From positions 23,622,001 to 23,686,000 of the forward strand of contig CM060731.1 in assembly GCA_030704615.1 (NCBI GenBank): a DNA stretch of 64,000 nt. The letters are read 5' to 3'. The position numbers and the translations under genes were made by a program. The notes under the pieces are model-generated. The model made no database searches and was not told the origin of the DNA. It saw only the letters and a list, made by a program, of their open reading frames with translations. The DNA comes from Takakia lepidozioides (Eukaryota; Plantae; Bryophyta). Positions 37,729 to 51,200 of the stretch are shown in pieces (the stretch's first letter is position 1; each line of letters begins with the position of its first letter).

Positions 37729-38984
37729 ACTGGGCAGTTTCTCTTGGTTGGTGCCTACCCAATATCCTGTGAATATATGTACTTGCGTGTAGTCATATGT
37801 TACGCAAGTCTATAACTTTGCACACACCCTTTCATGAAATTACAACTCGAAAGGATCTTACCGTCACTCTGCTCTATATCTCGTTCCTCACATGTATCAA
37901 GCGTAAATCCTCCGAAGCGCACTATATTGCAATTTTTCCCCTACTCTCTACAGTATTCTTCACCAAGAATCATGGGATTACCATTGCCGATTATCCTAGA
38001 TGGAGATCTCTCAGGTGCCGCATGGTCTATTCTATTCTGTGCAAATCAAGTAGAAAGTAGTAAGGAGTGGCAAAAGAATGGTGGGAGGAGCCACGATCAA
38101 GAACTTGGTGGGGGTATGCAGAGGAGTTGCCTTCTTTAGCTGGTCTCCGATTTTTCTAGAGCGGTCGTAGTTCAATCATACCGAATGTTACTTGCCAAGG
38201 AGTAGCTCGACTCTAGATGCTGGGTACACCTTGCTCTCTCTGGATCAAAGCTTGCTCTGTCCAGACTGAGAACCAAATCCCTTCAACCCTCGCACTTCAA
38301 TAAGAGTACCTCTCTTTTGGCAGCGTTTACAACAGGTTATGGGCGGTCGAGTATAGTGTGTCTGAATTTCTAGAATAGATTTAAGAGACAAGATGAGTGC
38401 GTCAGTTGTTTCCTAGGATCGTGATCCTTGCATTCATTTCAACACTAAACCTTACAATTTATACCTTCATTAGCAACACGAGAATGATATTCTGAAAGCT
38501 GCACCTTCCCATTCCCTTTCTTTTGCACCAAAAAGATATGTAGGAGTCCATGCCTTCATATACATACAGTATGTGTACCAGTGTGTGAGATGACAGATTT
38601 AATTTTCATCTCATTGTCCCATAGGACTCGGGCTTGTCCTTATGTACCTCATTGATCCAAATGACAGTTGTATCAGCCAGGTGTAGCAAGTAAGGATAAC
38701 CAATGTGTGGCAATGGAATGTGAAATGAAATATTGAGCCCACTATTGGAAAATGGGGGCTGTCATAGGCATGACTCCACATATCGGAGAGGAATGGACAA
38801 CTGGATGTGTGTTACTCAACCTTACTGGCAGCTTGAACCTTCCAAATGTCATTAGTCATACCTTGTTGTAGGTAAGACTGGAGGTGATATGAGGCCCTTA
38901 ATGGCCAACTTGCTTCATTGAAGTCCATAAGCCAGATAATACATCACATTTACATGCTCATTCAGATGACTTGGTGTATTCTAA

Positions 38985-39061
38985 TCTACTAAGACACATC
39001 GTTTATCCAGTCTACTAAGACACATCGTTTATCCAGTCTACTAAGACACATCGTTTATCCA
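38985..39061 (+). repeat. 26-bp tandem repeat x3
   Basis: tctactaagacacatcgtttatccag, essentially perfect copies. Confidence 0.95.
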
Positions 39062-39249
39062 AGGAGCCAAGATCTCTGTCTCCCTGTAACTGGCTGTAAC
39101 CAGATACTTATTCACTGTGAGTGAGGGCTGAGGGATCCATACTGTTGTGGGGACTAGAAACCCCACAACTGACTCCAGACCTAGTATCTTGTGAAGACTA
39201 GGGCCTCAAGGGAACTTTGGCCAACTGTGGCAGTGAATGGCTATGAAAG

Positions 39250-42200
39250 TTATGATCTGGGTGCAGTAGCTAATTGTTTAACAAGATCTGCAAGGCCTTG
39301 CTCATCACGGACATGCTTCACCCACAACGCCTTTATTCGTATGCGCTCAATACTTGTGTTGATAGCCCGCTCCAACCCCGGAGAAGACTTGGCCACAAAG
39401 AAGGCCTCAATCTCATCAGCTTTATCATCGCTGGAAAACTACATCACATGTACTTTCAAGTTCAGTACCAGTGCAAATAAAAGCCACGCACACAGCTGGC
39501 TGCGACTAGTATCTTTGCAGACTGCAGACATGGAATCACTAACTAAACTCAGCTGGACTCATCTTCTCTGAGTAAAATAACCTCCTGCCGGTAACTGTGA
39601 TGTTCTATCCAAATGACCACAATATACCTGAGAGACAATGCGAGTGATGAAATAGCTGATTTGGTGGGTGCTGTCTCCAAAGTGGGTCCAAATTTTATCC
39701 CAGTTTTTCTGCAACTCATGAAAAAGATGCCCCAGGTTTTTTGTGTGAGTGCACATTAGTAGCCATCTGGCCATTTACCCTGTGTCCAGTTTGGACAAAA
39801 AATGTTGGTGCGAGAGAGAATTAATAAACATTATAAAATCCCTGAGGGTACATGGGGAAAATTAAAGAAGAGAAGAAAATCTGTCAAGTCCACCATTAGC
39901 CTGGAGGAGAGAGAGAGCTGGACGGCAGACACACCAGACAAGGTGATTCACAATCTGTATAAAACAACTCATGAAAATGCATACACAGATCTTCAGGAAG
40001 GGAAAAAAACATGCGGGGTGAAGACAAGGAGGTGAGTCTTGTTGAGGGATGCGACGGGTTCACCAACAGTAATCTACATCCTTGGGCATCCATTATTGAT
40101 TAGAAATGCACACACCATATAAACCCCATTGGTAGACATACTATATGAGTTCCCCTCCCTTCATTCCTCCCAAAAGCACAGCAAACTTCAGTACGACAGT
40201 ATCATGATCAGAATCAGCCCAAAGTTGGGTGCTGCAATCTACCGTGAGCCATGACCAAGCAGCATCACGCCCTTCACCACTGATGCCACCCAGCACATAT
40301 AGCACATCCTGACTCCGCACCTGGAAAATGAAGGCTTACGAGTTATATGATAGTTGTTTGGCACTGTTACAATCGACAAGGACATTAATCAGCTAATCAG
40401 CAAATTAGATCATACATGTAGCTGGAAGTTTTGGTGGCATTCAACATATTGAAAGTCCACATCATTAGGAAGAGCACCTCGGTTGACAGTGAGAAGTCTA
40501 GGGCCTCCTCAACCATTGTGGGGTCAGAAGAGGATGAGATTATACCTGCACCAAGAGACAATGAAATAAACAGATCATCAATACAAGATATTGGGTAAAG
40601 GACAAGGACTTGTATATGGACAAGGCGCCCAAGATAACAACATCGTGTTAGGAGATAAGATTCTTACTAGCAGATGCTACATATCAAGGTCAATTGGTAG
40701 TGCCAAAGTATCATAAATCCATACATCACAGCAGACAGTAAAGGACAAGGACTTGTATATGGACAAGGCGCCCAAGATAACAACATCGTGTTAGGTGATA
40801 ATATTATTACTAGCAGATGCTACATATCAAGGTCAATTGGTAGTGCCAAAGTATCATAAATCCATATATCACAGCAGACAGAATACCAGAAGACAAAGAA
40901 GAGTTTTACACTCACTCAAAATGCGAGTGCGTTCCTGGCTGACATCTGTCTCTCTGTAGATGTGAAGCAATGCTTCATACCCTGACTTGTCTGAGCTTCT
41001 CACGTCCTGCATCACTGCCTTGTAGGCTGCCTGATCCAGCCCCAGCAAGTAGCCACAGCAAGTAGCAGTGTGTCAGAGAGAGGGAGACAATGAACTCATG
41101 AGATGATTTCCACAGCCTTGTGGGTATAGACCCATGCCCAGTTTAGGTGGATGAAGAGGGAAACACTACCTTTGTGAGGGGCTCACTCCAGTAGTGGATA
41201 CCTTGGTATAAACAATTGGTTTGAACTTTCCAGATTTCCTCTAGAAAGCCCTTCACACAAGCATCAATCTGCTGTGCGAGCTGCCCAGTAATTAGATAAC
41301 ACCTGGCCTTCTATAAATGCCACAAGGTCAAGGACCTTAAGCAAGTCCACACTGGACAGGTCAAATTTTCCCAGCTTCAATGGTGTGGAGATGAACACGA
41401 TATCATAACCCAACGACTTTCCAGGCTATAATTTGGACCATGCTGGGCAGCTCACACACAGCAGATTGATGCTTGTGTGAAGGGCTTTCTAGAGGATATC
41501 TGGAGCCTGGACTCATTGTTTATGCCAAGGTAAGTCCCACTAACAGAGTGATCCCCTCACAAAGGTAGTATCTGTTCCCTCCCTTTTGTTTGGCCCATAC
41601 TGGGCGCGGGGTCTATGGCCACAAGACCTGGCCCTGGCCCTCCTCAAATCCATCAAGGGAATTGTACCTGAACCTCTATTTACCAACTTCGAAAGTCTCG
41701 AGGCTGAGCCAAAAGCCCAGGCCCCTTTTCGGGCCTAGTTATTGGGTAAACCACACAGCAGATTGATGCTTGTGTGAAGAAGGGTTTTTTAGAGGATGTC
41801 TGGAAAACTCGGATTAATTGTCTGTTCCAAGGTAAGTCATACTACCAGCCTCAGCCCATGACAAAGATAGTTTCTGTCCCTTTGTGTTCCCCTCAAACTG
41901 AGCGCGGGGTCACTGGCCACATGACTACAGCAAACAACGTCTTATGAGTACATTGTCTCTCTCAATGCTCAAAGTGCGGGCGGCCTGAAGACTATATATT
42001 TTCTGATACAATGTCCGGGGTATTCTCATCAGAGATCGATCCTCTTCAAAACCATTAAGAGCATAGTTCCTGCACCTCTGCTCAAAGCCCTGGCCCTGAA
42101 GGGGCCTGTCAGAACTCAAGAGAAACAATTGAACACTGTTTCTTCCATTGAACAGGGCCAGGGCTTTCAGCTCGGCCTCAAGATTTTGTAAGTTGGTCAA

Positions 42201-45200
42201 CAGAGGTGCAGGGACAATGTGCTTGCTTGTTCTGAAGAGGGTCACTCACTGTTGAGAATATCCCGGACAGCATATCAGAAAATGGATATTGTCTTCAGGC
42301 TTCCCGCACATTGGGCAATTACAGTCCCCTCTTCCTCTCTGCATGTCTATTGTTCAAAGGTAGGCTTCTGCCCCAAGTTTAGATTTCAGTCTTGTGCCGA
42401 GGGTAGGGAGACCCTTGAGATCATAAAAAAGTTCAGGGAAATTTTTAGGCCTAACGGCATTTTCATTTGACAGTCTTTGGGCATCAGACATGGCTGACAC
42501 AACCCCCTCCAGGTCTGCTTCATCCAGTAGGGTCAATTCTTCTGGAGTAATATTCAGATACTTGAAAATCTATTCTACCCTTTCCCACTTAGACTTAGCC
42601 TGTTTAACAGGACGGTCTTGCTTCTAAGGAATAACATCAATTATCTTAGGGTATCTGGTATTGGGCATGCGATTCAACTGACCCCACCATCTACCTTCAA
42701 TTCATCATGTCGAGAGCTTAAGGGAGGTTTGCCAAACTCGCCCCAAACAACCACATTAGCTCTTCTAGAACAAGCCAACATGCTTTCTTTGAGCACCGCA
42801 ACCTGAATGGACTTGGAGTGCAGGGAGAGAGAGAGAGAGAGAAAAGAAAACTTGACCTAAGCTATGATGCGCTGTATTGAAGCACATATGAATAACCACG
42901 TCATGGACATCATGAAGAATACTCTGGAATTGTCAAAAATGGGTATGGATATGCAATTAGTCAGGTCCCGGATATGTGCCGGCTTATGAGTGAAGAGGAG
43001 AGACAAGAAACTAGGAAGAGACAAAACCTTCCATGGCAGCTTCCATATTACCTTTCTGATATCCGCGGGCAAACGTGGTGTGTTGCGATCCAAGACAAAA
43101 GCGTCAAAGCGGTGCTTGGCCTCAGCTATGGTGTCCTCATGTCCAAAAGACACCAGAGCCATTATCAACTCGCCTCGCAGCATGCAATCCAAGTGGTCTT
43201 CACCGGGGATTGCATCCCATCCCAATCTCCTGGACAATATATATAGAGTTTCGATCAGACAGAAACAGACAAAACGTCACTTGTTCTCAACTGCCTACGT
43301 CTGTCATCAGTTAGGAGGAAGAAAGAGACATGAAAGAAAGGGGGCTTGTTAGCCCCCTGCAGGAGGTAAAGCAAAAAGTGGACCCAATGTCAACCACTAG
43401 GTGCAGTGCCACAGGTGCACAAACTGCCATCTTCAATCTAAACTTCTAAGGAGAGACTAGCTATCATTTATGGTTTGATTTGCTGATAGCCATGATGAGC
43501 AGATTTCCAAGACTTACCGGATAGCAGCTTGAAAAAGGCTTGCAATGAAAAGTTTTGTGTCACTGGCTGCAGCTGGCATAGCGTCTATAATCACTTTTAA
43601 CACTTTAGATGAAACCTGGATTTTTTCCAAGAGAAAACACTTGTCAAGACCTGTAATTCCAGGTGACCCTCACATTTTCTTGTTATCAGGTAATCCTAAG
43701 GTATAATAGTTCACTGACTGCTTCTTGAGACCTCACAAATTGGAGTCTTGAAAAATACTAAACCTGGGGAACCTCTGTTTCTCATATCAGTAACCTCTCT
43801 TGTAATAGCACCACCAGGACTGTCCAAAAGAATAGACCAAACCAGCTGATATCAAGGGATCAGAAAAGGCAAGAATCAATTTTAACATTATACATGACAT
43901 TTAGGCCAAGTGCCAAAAGACCACTTATACACTAGAGGAGTCAAATTGTCTAGCACTCTCAATAGCTCTTAGCAACGTACAATAAGGACAGATGATCACT
44001 TGTAGATTCTTCTGATCCATTCTGTTGAAACCAGTATCAATCACAAGTAACATCTAGTAATTCCACAAATAAGCAAATTTAGGTGAATTGACGTGTTATC
44101 TGAACATGTTCCAGTGTATAATTTCTGAAACCGGGACTTTTCCAGTACTATTGATAAGCACCACCGCCCAAAACATACTGTATGGGCCTTGGAGCACAAG
44201 ACAAAGGGGATGACAAACGACTCTGGGGAAACATAAACGATGCAATTTGTTCCAACTGAACAAGAGGTGATCAACAAGATAAGCCAGGAAATGCATAGGA
44301 AGAAGCTCGCTTACATCTGTCAAGCACGTTAGAACAGTGTAGTCAATTTCTGAGTGGAAGACCTCCATGAGAGAGAGCAAGGCACTAAGAGGTTGTTTCC
44401 GAGCACTGCATAATGCCGAAGTATCATCCAATATCCCTGGAAAAACCACACTTGCAAAATTGGCAGACGGTCTTGTTACAATGAACTACCTGAAAATCTC
44501 TCTCTCTCTCTCTTGCCTCCCTCTTGTTCCACCCAAACTGGGCGCAGACTCTATAGCCTCAAGGCTACAGCAAACAACATCATATGAGTACATTCTCTCT
44601 CGGCGCCTAAAGCCCTGGCCCTGTTGGGTTCTAATTGCTGGGGGTAGCTCACACACAGCAGACGGATGCTTGTGTGAAGGGTTTTCTAGAGGAGATCTGG
44701 AAAGCTGGAACTCATTGTTTATACCAAGGTAAGTCCCACTATTGGAGTGAGCCCCTCACAAAGGTAGTGTCTGTTCCCTGTTCTTCCGCCCAAACTGGGC
44801 ATGCGGTCTATGGCCACAAGGCTACGGCAAACAAAGTCTTATGAGCACATTCTCTTCAATGTGGCCAAGTCCTTGGTAACAACATTCAAGAATTGCCTGA
44901 TCCTGTTATTCTGTTCAGAACAGAGTGGGACAACAGAGAACGGGATGACTCATTAGGTTTCTCCCTAAGTCTTGACCTAAAGAGCTGCCCTATAAGGTTA
45001 GAAAGCCTGGCCACTGTTCTCATGTGAAAGAGGAGCAGCCAAGAGCTGAAGGAGCTGACTATCTTACGGCTGAACTATGACTACAAGCAAGGTATCCACT
45101 CACACTCCTTGGGCTGCTTAGTAGGGGCAACACAAAGAAGGGCTGCTTAGTCTAGCAACACAAAGAGAGAGGACACTATGAGGAACTTACATGGACTTGA

Positions 45201-48200
45201 CTAAGCTCTATTCTGAATCTAGGAATGCTTTTGCTTGTGGTCTTGTAACACCTTCCCTTTGGGTATGGGTGCTTACTGTCATGAGACCACAACCATCTCC
45301 CTCTGTAGTATGGGCTGAAATGATGGGTTGTGAACCTACCGCTGACTGAAATGGCTGGAAGGACTTCCCTGCCCCATAAAGTTAAAGCCCTGGCTGCTCA
45401 CAGGAGCGGCAGGAGCCATCACCTCACTGCTGAACTATGGCTGCAAGCAAGGTACTCACTTACGCTCTTTCAAATACTTTGACATGCTGCTCAATATGGC
45501 ATAAACGCTGCTGTGACAGCATAAGCAATGATTTGCTTTGCCAATGTACTGTTGCAAGAGATACTTTGCAAGAGATAACGACCCCCTCTCACCCACTAGT
45601 ATGCTGTCTCTTCCTCTCTTTCACAATCCATGAATGTCTTCTAGCTAAAGTAGACATGGATAACAACTGTCAAGCCGTTTAAGCCTGGGTTCTATAGGGA
45701 TCACTAACCGGTTGGTTTATTGATTGGTTGTGATGGATACAGGTGAGGCGCCGTCACTTGCTTTAGAGGGTAGACATACTCAGATTGTGAAAAGGAAAGA
45801 AAGTGCATAAAGCATTCTTGCTTCCTCATGCTTGTTGTGGAATGTGTTGAGTAAACACATGTTGTGCTATTCTCAAAAACAACTACTGTAACTCTTCAAT
45901 GTGCAGGAATGCTTCAAAGAACCATAGCTGCAGTTTTGAATTCTACATAGACTCTTCTAGAAATATTCTAGTATGAATCTATGGAGGTTTCTACTCTACT
46001 TGTGGAAACTACGAAGGACCATATGGTCAAAGCCTTGCGTGTATATGATGGCGCTTTATATAATCATTTGTAAGCATACGTGTTCACAAATCTGAGTTTT
46101 GCAGGACTTATGAGGTTTCTATGTAGATGCTAGTGTCTATATTGAAGGAGCTGGACCATATACAGATGTGATGTTGCTAAGCAAAACAAGACTAGATCCT
46201 AATGATCTAGGACAGGACAAGTCTTGACATGACTAAAATACACTCTCTGAAGTGTCTCCCAGCTTATCTGCCTTGTGTTTGGTCGACGTTTGGTGGTTTG
46301 TGATATGGATTTGTTGTTCTGCGTTGTCCCATGGTTCCTCTGGGTCCCTTCTAGACATATACAATTAACTTCTTTCCATCCTTCTTTGGATTCTAAATTG
46401 AAATATTTGGTGTCTTTTGAAGAGATTTTCTTGTTCTACTTTGTCACATGAGCCTCCAGACCCGGATCAGTACATTAACATACATATATATAATAGATAG
46501 CATATATCAGTATGTAAAGTTTCTCTTTCTTTCTTTCACTCTTTCTTCCTTTCCCTCTCCCCTCCAGGTACATAACCAACATTTGCAGGGCACGGAGAAT
46601 GTAAAAGGAGTGGAGGAAGTAACAACTGCAGGGAGGCTTGTGCAGGGGTCATATATCGGAGTGCCGGTGCACTTACCCAAGCGGTCAGTAGCCTGAAGGG
46701 AGCCTGCAACTATGGCCACCCGAAGGCGGGCAGCCAGCTGCTCATCATATTGTACTCGATAGAACCCAGTCTGCCCAATGTTCAGTTTCACCCAGTCCAA
46801 TGAGGAGTCTTTAGCCTTTCCAACTTCCATATCCTCATTGCCATTTGCATCAGTATGTCCTGTAACAGGTTCCTCTGAATTCTCGGCCTCAATAACTCCA
46901 TTCGACTTGACAGTGGATGGACGTGCATAGGGTAGAGAGAGAACACTAGCTTTCTCTCGAACCAACTCACTTGTCACGGATTCATATGAGCCCACACAGA
47001 AAGTGATGGGTAGCACCCATTGTCCGTTGCCTTGTATTCCACTAGAAAGGTATTGATTCTGCAGTCAATCCAGCCACACTGAAATTTTAATCCAAGAAAC
47101 TCCATAACATCCATGGGGGCCCCCAAGGGAAGAACAAGAAACCACATAAAATACGTCCAAATGTCACCCGAGACAATTGAGGAGAGACCTATGATGTGTG
47201 GACCCTCAAGAAAGACTCCAGGGGGAATTGTATCCTGAAGGTTCTTGAACCTAGAAAGGAAGGAGGGACGGCTCTTCCGAAAATAACATTGGTTTCCAGT
47301 CCTGCCCTCAGTGGCAAGGCTGGTCCATGCACCTTTGAAGGGAGGATCCAGTATTCTTTGGTCTGTTCTTTAGATCAGTATTCTTTGCTAAAATGTCATG
47401 TGATCCAAGTAGCCCCATGACAAGACATCTTCTGTGATTTCCGTCTGCAAGCGTGTTGGGACTTTTGGAGGTGGGCATATGGGACACAGTCGTACAAGAA
47501 CAGAAACCAAAAGGGAATGGCTAAATGTTTATCAAAAGTTAAGTCCTTGAATACATCACTTGGTTTATAGAACCTACCAAAACGATTATGATAATCATTC
47601 CATAGAACATATCCATAGTGCAAAATGTTAGGGAATATTGACAATATAACAGTCAGATGTCTCCCTGATGCTACTCAGCGACAGAGTGCCTAATGCGATC
47701 TGCTCTCCACTTGGGATCTGCATAGCTGAAGGCCTCTCCCCAGGACAAAGTATGTCAGGCAGGAGAAAAAGAATTGGCGTTCTGTCTCCCCTTCTGGGTG
47801 GTACATACTTTGACAAACCTCAGCGTCATAAGGTGTGTTATTTCATTTGGGTCAAGAGTCGTTCAGTCTGGGTGCCTCCCCATCCTCAACCTCATCTGAT
47901 TCATCCACTTCTATTGCTATCAAATCTTGGTCCTCCAATCAATAAGAAATGGTGAGATTTTGACAGCCTCTTCAAGATGGAACATGAGACATGTTGGCAT
48001 CTTCACAAGTGCATAGGACGGTCACCTATTGGTTTGCCTCACCCAGATTAAGCAATTGGATGGGACCACAGCTATCGAATGTAAGTGCCTTTGCTTGCAA
48101 GCCCAGATTGAGCCGCGTATGCTCCCCAGTTACTGGACAGAATTACCACAGCCTGGTCATTGGCACTCAGGTCAGCTGCCATGCTCTGAATATTCATTGA

Positions 48201-51200
48201 ATCCGGCCAAAAGATCAGAGCAGCATATACAGTCTATGACTAGCAATCTATTGATGTTTTTCATGGCACACAAAGAGTCAGTATCACAAGACGAGGGGAA
48301 GACGAGCAGAGGGGTTCCAAAGCCAGCAGCTCCAGCCTGTTGGAGTTCTCATATCAAACTCCCCCATTTGCCTTTCTTCCCATTGCCTTCAGGCAACTGG
48401 CCTGCCAGGGCCTTCCATTCTATGCTTTCTCCCTATACTCAGCCAGAGACAACCATCCCTACTAATGCTGTGCACGCTACAACACCTCTATGCTCTTCTC
48501 CAACATCTGTCATCTTTGGCAATTCGGCAGACTGTTTCATTTCTACCCACAGCAGCAACCCACTACACTTGCTCAAACAACCACATTCCTTGAATGAGGT
48601 GCAGGGATTGCAGTAATCAAGCTCATTGTGACGATCAGCCATCCACAAACAAGATTGCAATTTTTGATGTCATCGTTCGAGGATTGCACATTTGAACCTT
48701 GTCATGCAGTAAAGAACTACACAAACCCCTACTTGTTCTTAGAATCAACCGTCCTGCAGACAAGATTGCACTGTGAGCCTTTGAAGGCGCGCTGCTATAA
48801 TCATTGGAGGATTGAAAGCTTGAAACTTGTCTTAAATTAAACAACCACAAACCCCTATTTGATCTCAATACTGGGCATCCCACAAATAAGATTTTACTGC
48901 GAGCATTGAAGGCAACCTGCTATTGTCATGGGAAGGCTGTACCTTTGAAAGGAGGGGTAGATGACACATATCGATTGGGGGAGTAAATTCCCAAAGCTGA
49001 GTACCATAAGATGGAATGCTTTCATCCATGACCAGCTGGTTCTGTCATGTTTAACATGGTCCAGAAAAGAGTTGCTCTGGTTTGCTTGCATCTCCCTCAG
49101 CAGTCACTTTGTTCATGCCAAGCTTATGAGGAAAGATGCACTCAGAAGCTCGAAAGGCGTGTGATCACTACTGGGTAACCCGGAGAGAGCATGGAATTGG
49201 TGCTATCTGAACCTATTGCATGATGTGGAGGAAAGGAATTTTCTCTTTGCCACCACAGTGAGAAGCTGGCCATTGGTTTTGGGCTGATCAGCACGACTCA
49301 TCAAGAATCTTCGAGTGTGTGGAGACTGCCACACCTCCACCAAATTCAAAGATTGTTGGCTGAGCAATTGTTGTATGGGACGCTAACTACTTTCCACCAC
49401 TTTGAAGATGGGATTTGTTCTTGTGGTGATTACTGGTGAAAGGATGTTTTCTTGGAAAGATGCTAGTGTCTTGCTTCATTCATTGATCTGTGTAGCTACT
49501 CAGACCATCCACCATTTCCTGAGAGTACTGACCATCATAACCAGAGAGAATGAAAAAATATGGGCACACACTGACCGCGGACCGCTACAATGAAAGAGCC
49601 TTCCATATACCACACTAGATTGAGTACCTGCTTGAGCGACAGCAAGCGAGAGAGGCACAAGGGCAAGAAAAGGCTTGGGAAAGGTTTTGTAGAGGTTTTT
49701 CAGAATTCACACCTGCTCAATCACCAGGGCCTCACTTTGCAAACGAACAGAAATCACAGGATATCCTTGCTGCTTGGTCCATGAGTCCATCAACTCCCCC
49801 ACTGGCTCCCTTGTCTCTTCCGATAGAACTGTCCACAAGTCATCTGTTTTCGCATTCTTGTACTGGAACCTCTTAATATACGATACTAAACCTTTCTGTC
49901 AATCCACATCAGAATAGCATTGGATTCAGCTGACAAGGCCAAGCAAACAGAGTGTTGCAAAGGAAAATGATGGGAACCCCAACCAAAAGACACACCTGGA
50001 ATTTTTCAGGCCCCAAATAGGTCTGCAGCATACGAATGATGGAGGCTCCCTTCCTGTAGCTTATTGCATCAAAAATCTCATCAATCTCGCGAACATGTCC
50101 TACATCCACCTGAACAAGACAAATTGCTTCTTTGTTACTAGCAACGCAACATACAACATCCTCCTCACACCAGCTTCAGTCCTAGCCTTTAGTAACGAGC
50201 ATGAAAAATCCAACACACTCTAGTGAAAATAGGTGTTGACATCACCTAATGTGCTCTTGCATAATTGATCTTTGAAGCCTCGTCACTGCCAAACTCAATG
50301 ACAGTTTACTTCCATTCTATGTTGTGTGTCTCTAGTTCACCAGTTCTGTATAATCCAAAACATATGAATTTAAGTCGCATCACAGCCAGGCACAGAAATC
50401 CTGAAGCTTTGAGCCAAACGAATAAGTACTAACAGAGTACCTGCCACATTCTAGCCCTGTGTGTTGGTTGCAGTTTGAGGGAAGAAGAACTAAATAGAAA
50501 CTGACCAGAAAATCCCTGGATATACCTCAATGGGATGAGACCCCACCAGCCCATCCAACCTAAAAGCATCCATTGTCTGGTCCATGAACTGCGTCCAAAT
50601 CTTCCACTCTGGAAACAAGTGATCAATGGCCAAGTAGCTCACCTGAGGGTAGACATTACAAAACATCAGTCATTTGCAACTGTGTCAACTAAACCAAGAA
50701 ATCATTTTTTAGGACTAAAGAGGTCAGTTCATGGCCACTGCTGTCAATAAGCAATGCATGTCAATTTCATCTCTCATATGTGAAATCTTGTATGAGCTCT
50801 TACATATTTTATGTGTCTTGTGTCACAACTTTCATGTAAGGCTACAGAAGGGTTGACCTTTTGCTATGGCTGCAGACAGAACAAAACACTTCCTCAGTAA
50901 TCACAGTTCCACCTAAAACAGAACTGAACCAACACATGTCACCTTATGGACAGGGATGAACTCATGGAGTTGGAGTTTGTTGCTTACCCAAGTAGCAAAA
51001 CCTTCATTAAGCCAGAGATGGGTCCACCATTCCATCGTAACAAGATTGCCGAACCATTGATGCGCTAGCTCGTGAGCGACTACTATTGCCACCTGGCTCA
51101 CTCCAACCCATGCAAAACACATTCATGATTCTGACAAACCAGAACACTCTTTCAATGGGCCTCTCTGTCCCACTATTGGAGTGAGCCCCTAGTGTCTGTG

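Noticed and set aside
45729-46447. Possible solo LTR (TGTGA...TCACA) in an APM1 intron
   Set aside because: Flanks (ttggt/tgagc) give no TSD and there is no second copy in the window
48029-48616. 195-aa intronic ORF
   Set aside because: Non-ATG start, no motif, composition unlike a conserved protein
49150-49190. Minus-strand GYPVVI resembling a duplicated aminopeptidase exon
   Set aside because: Only ~6 residues with no splice context; the real GYPVI exon is at 49713-49896
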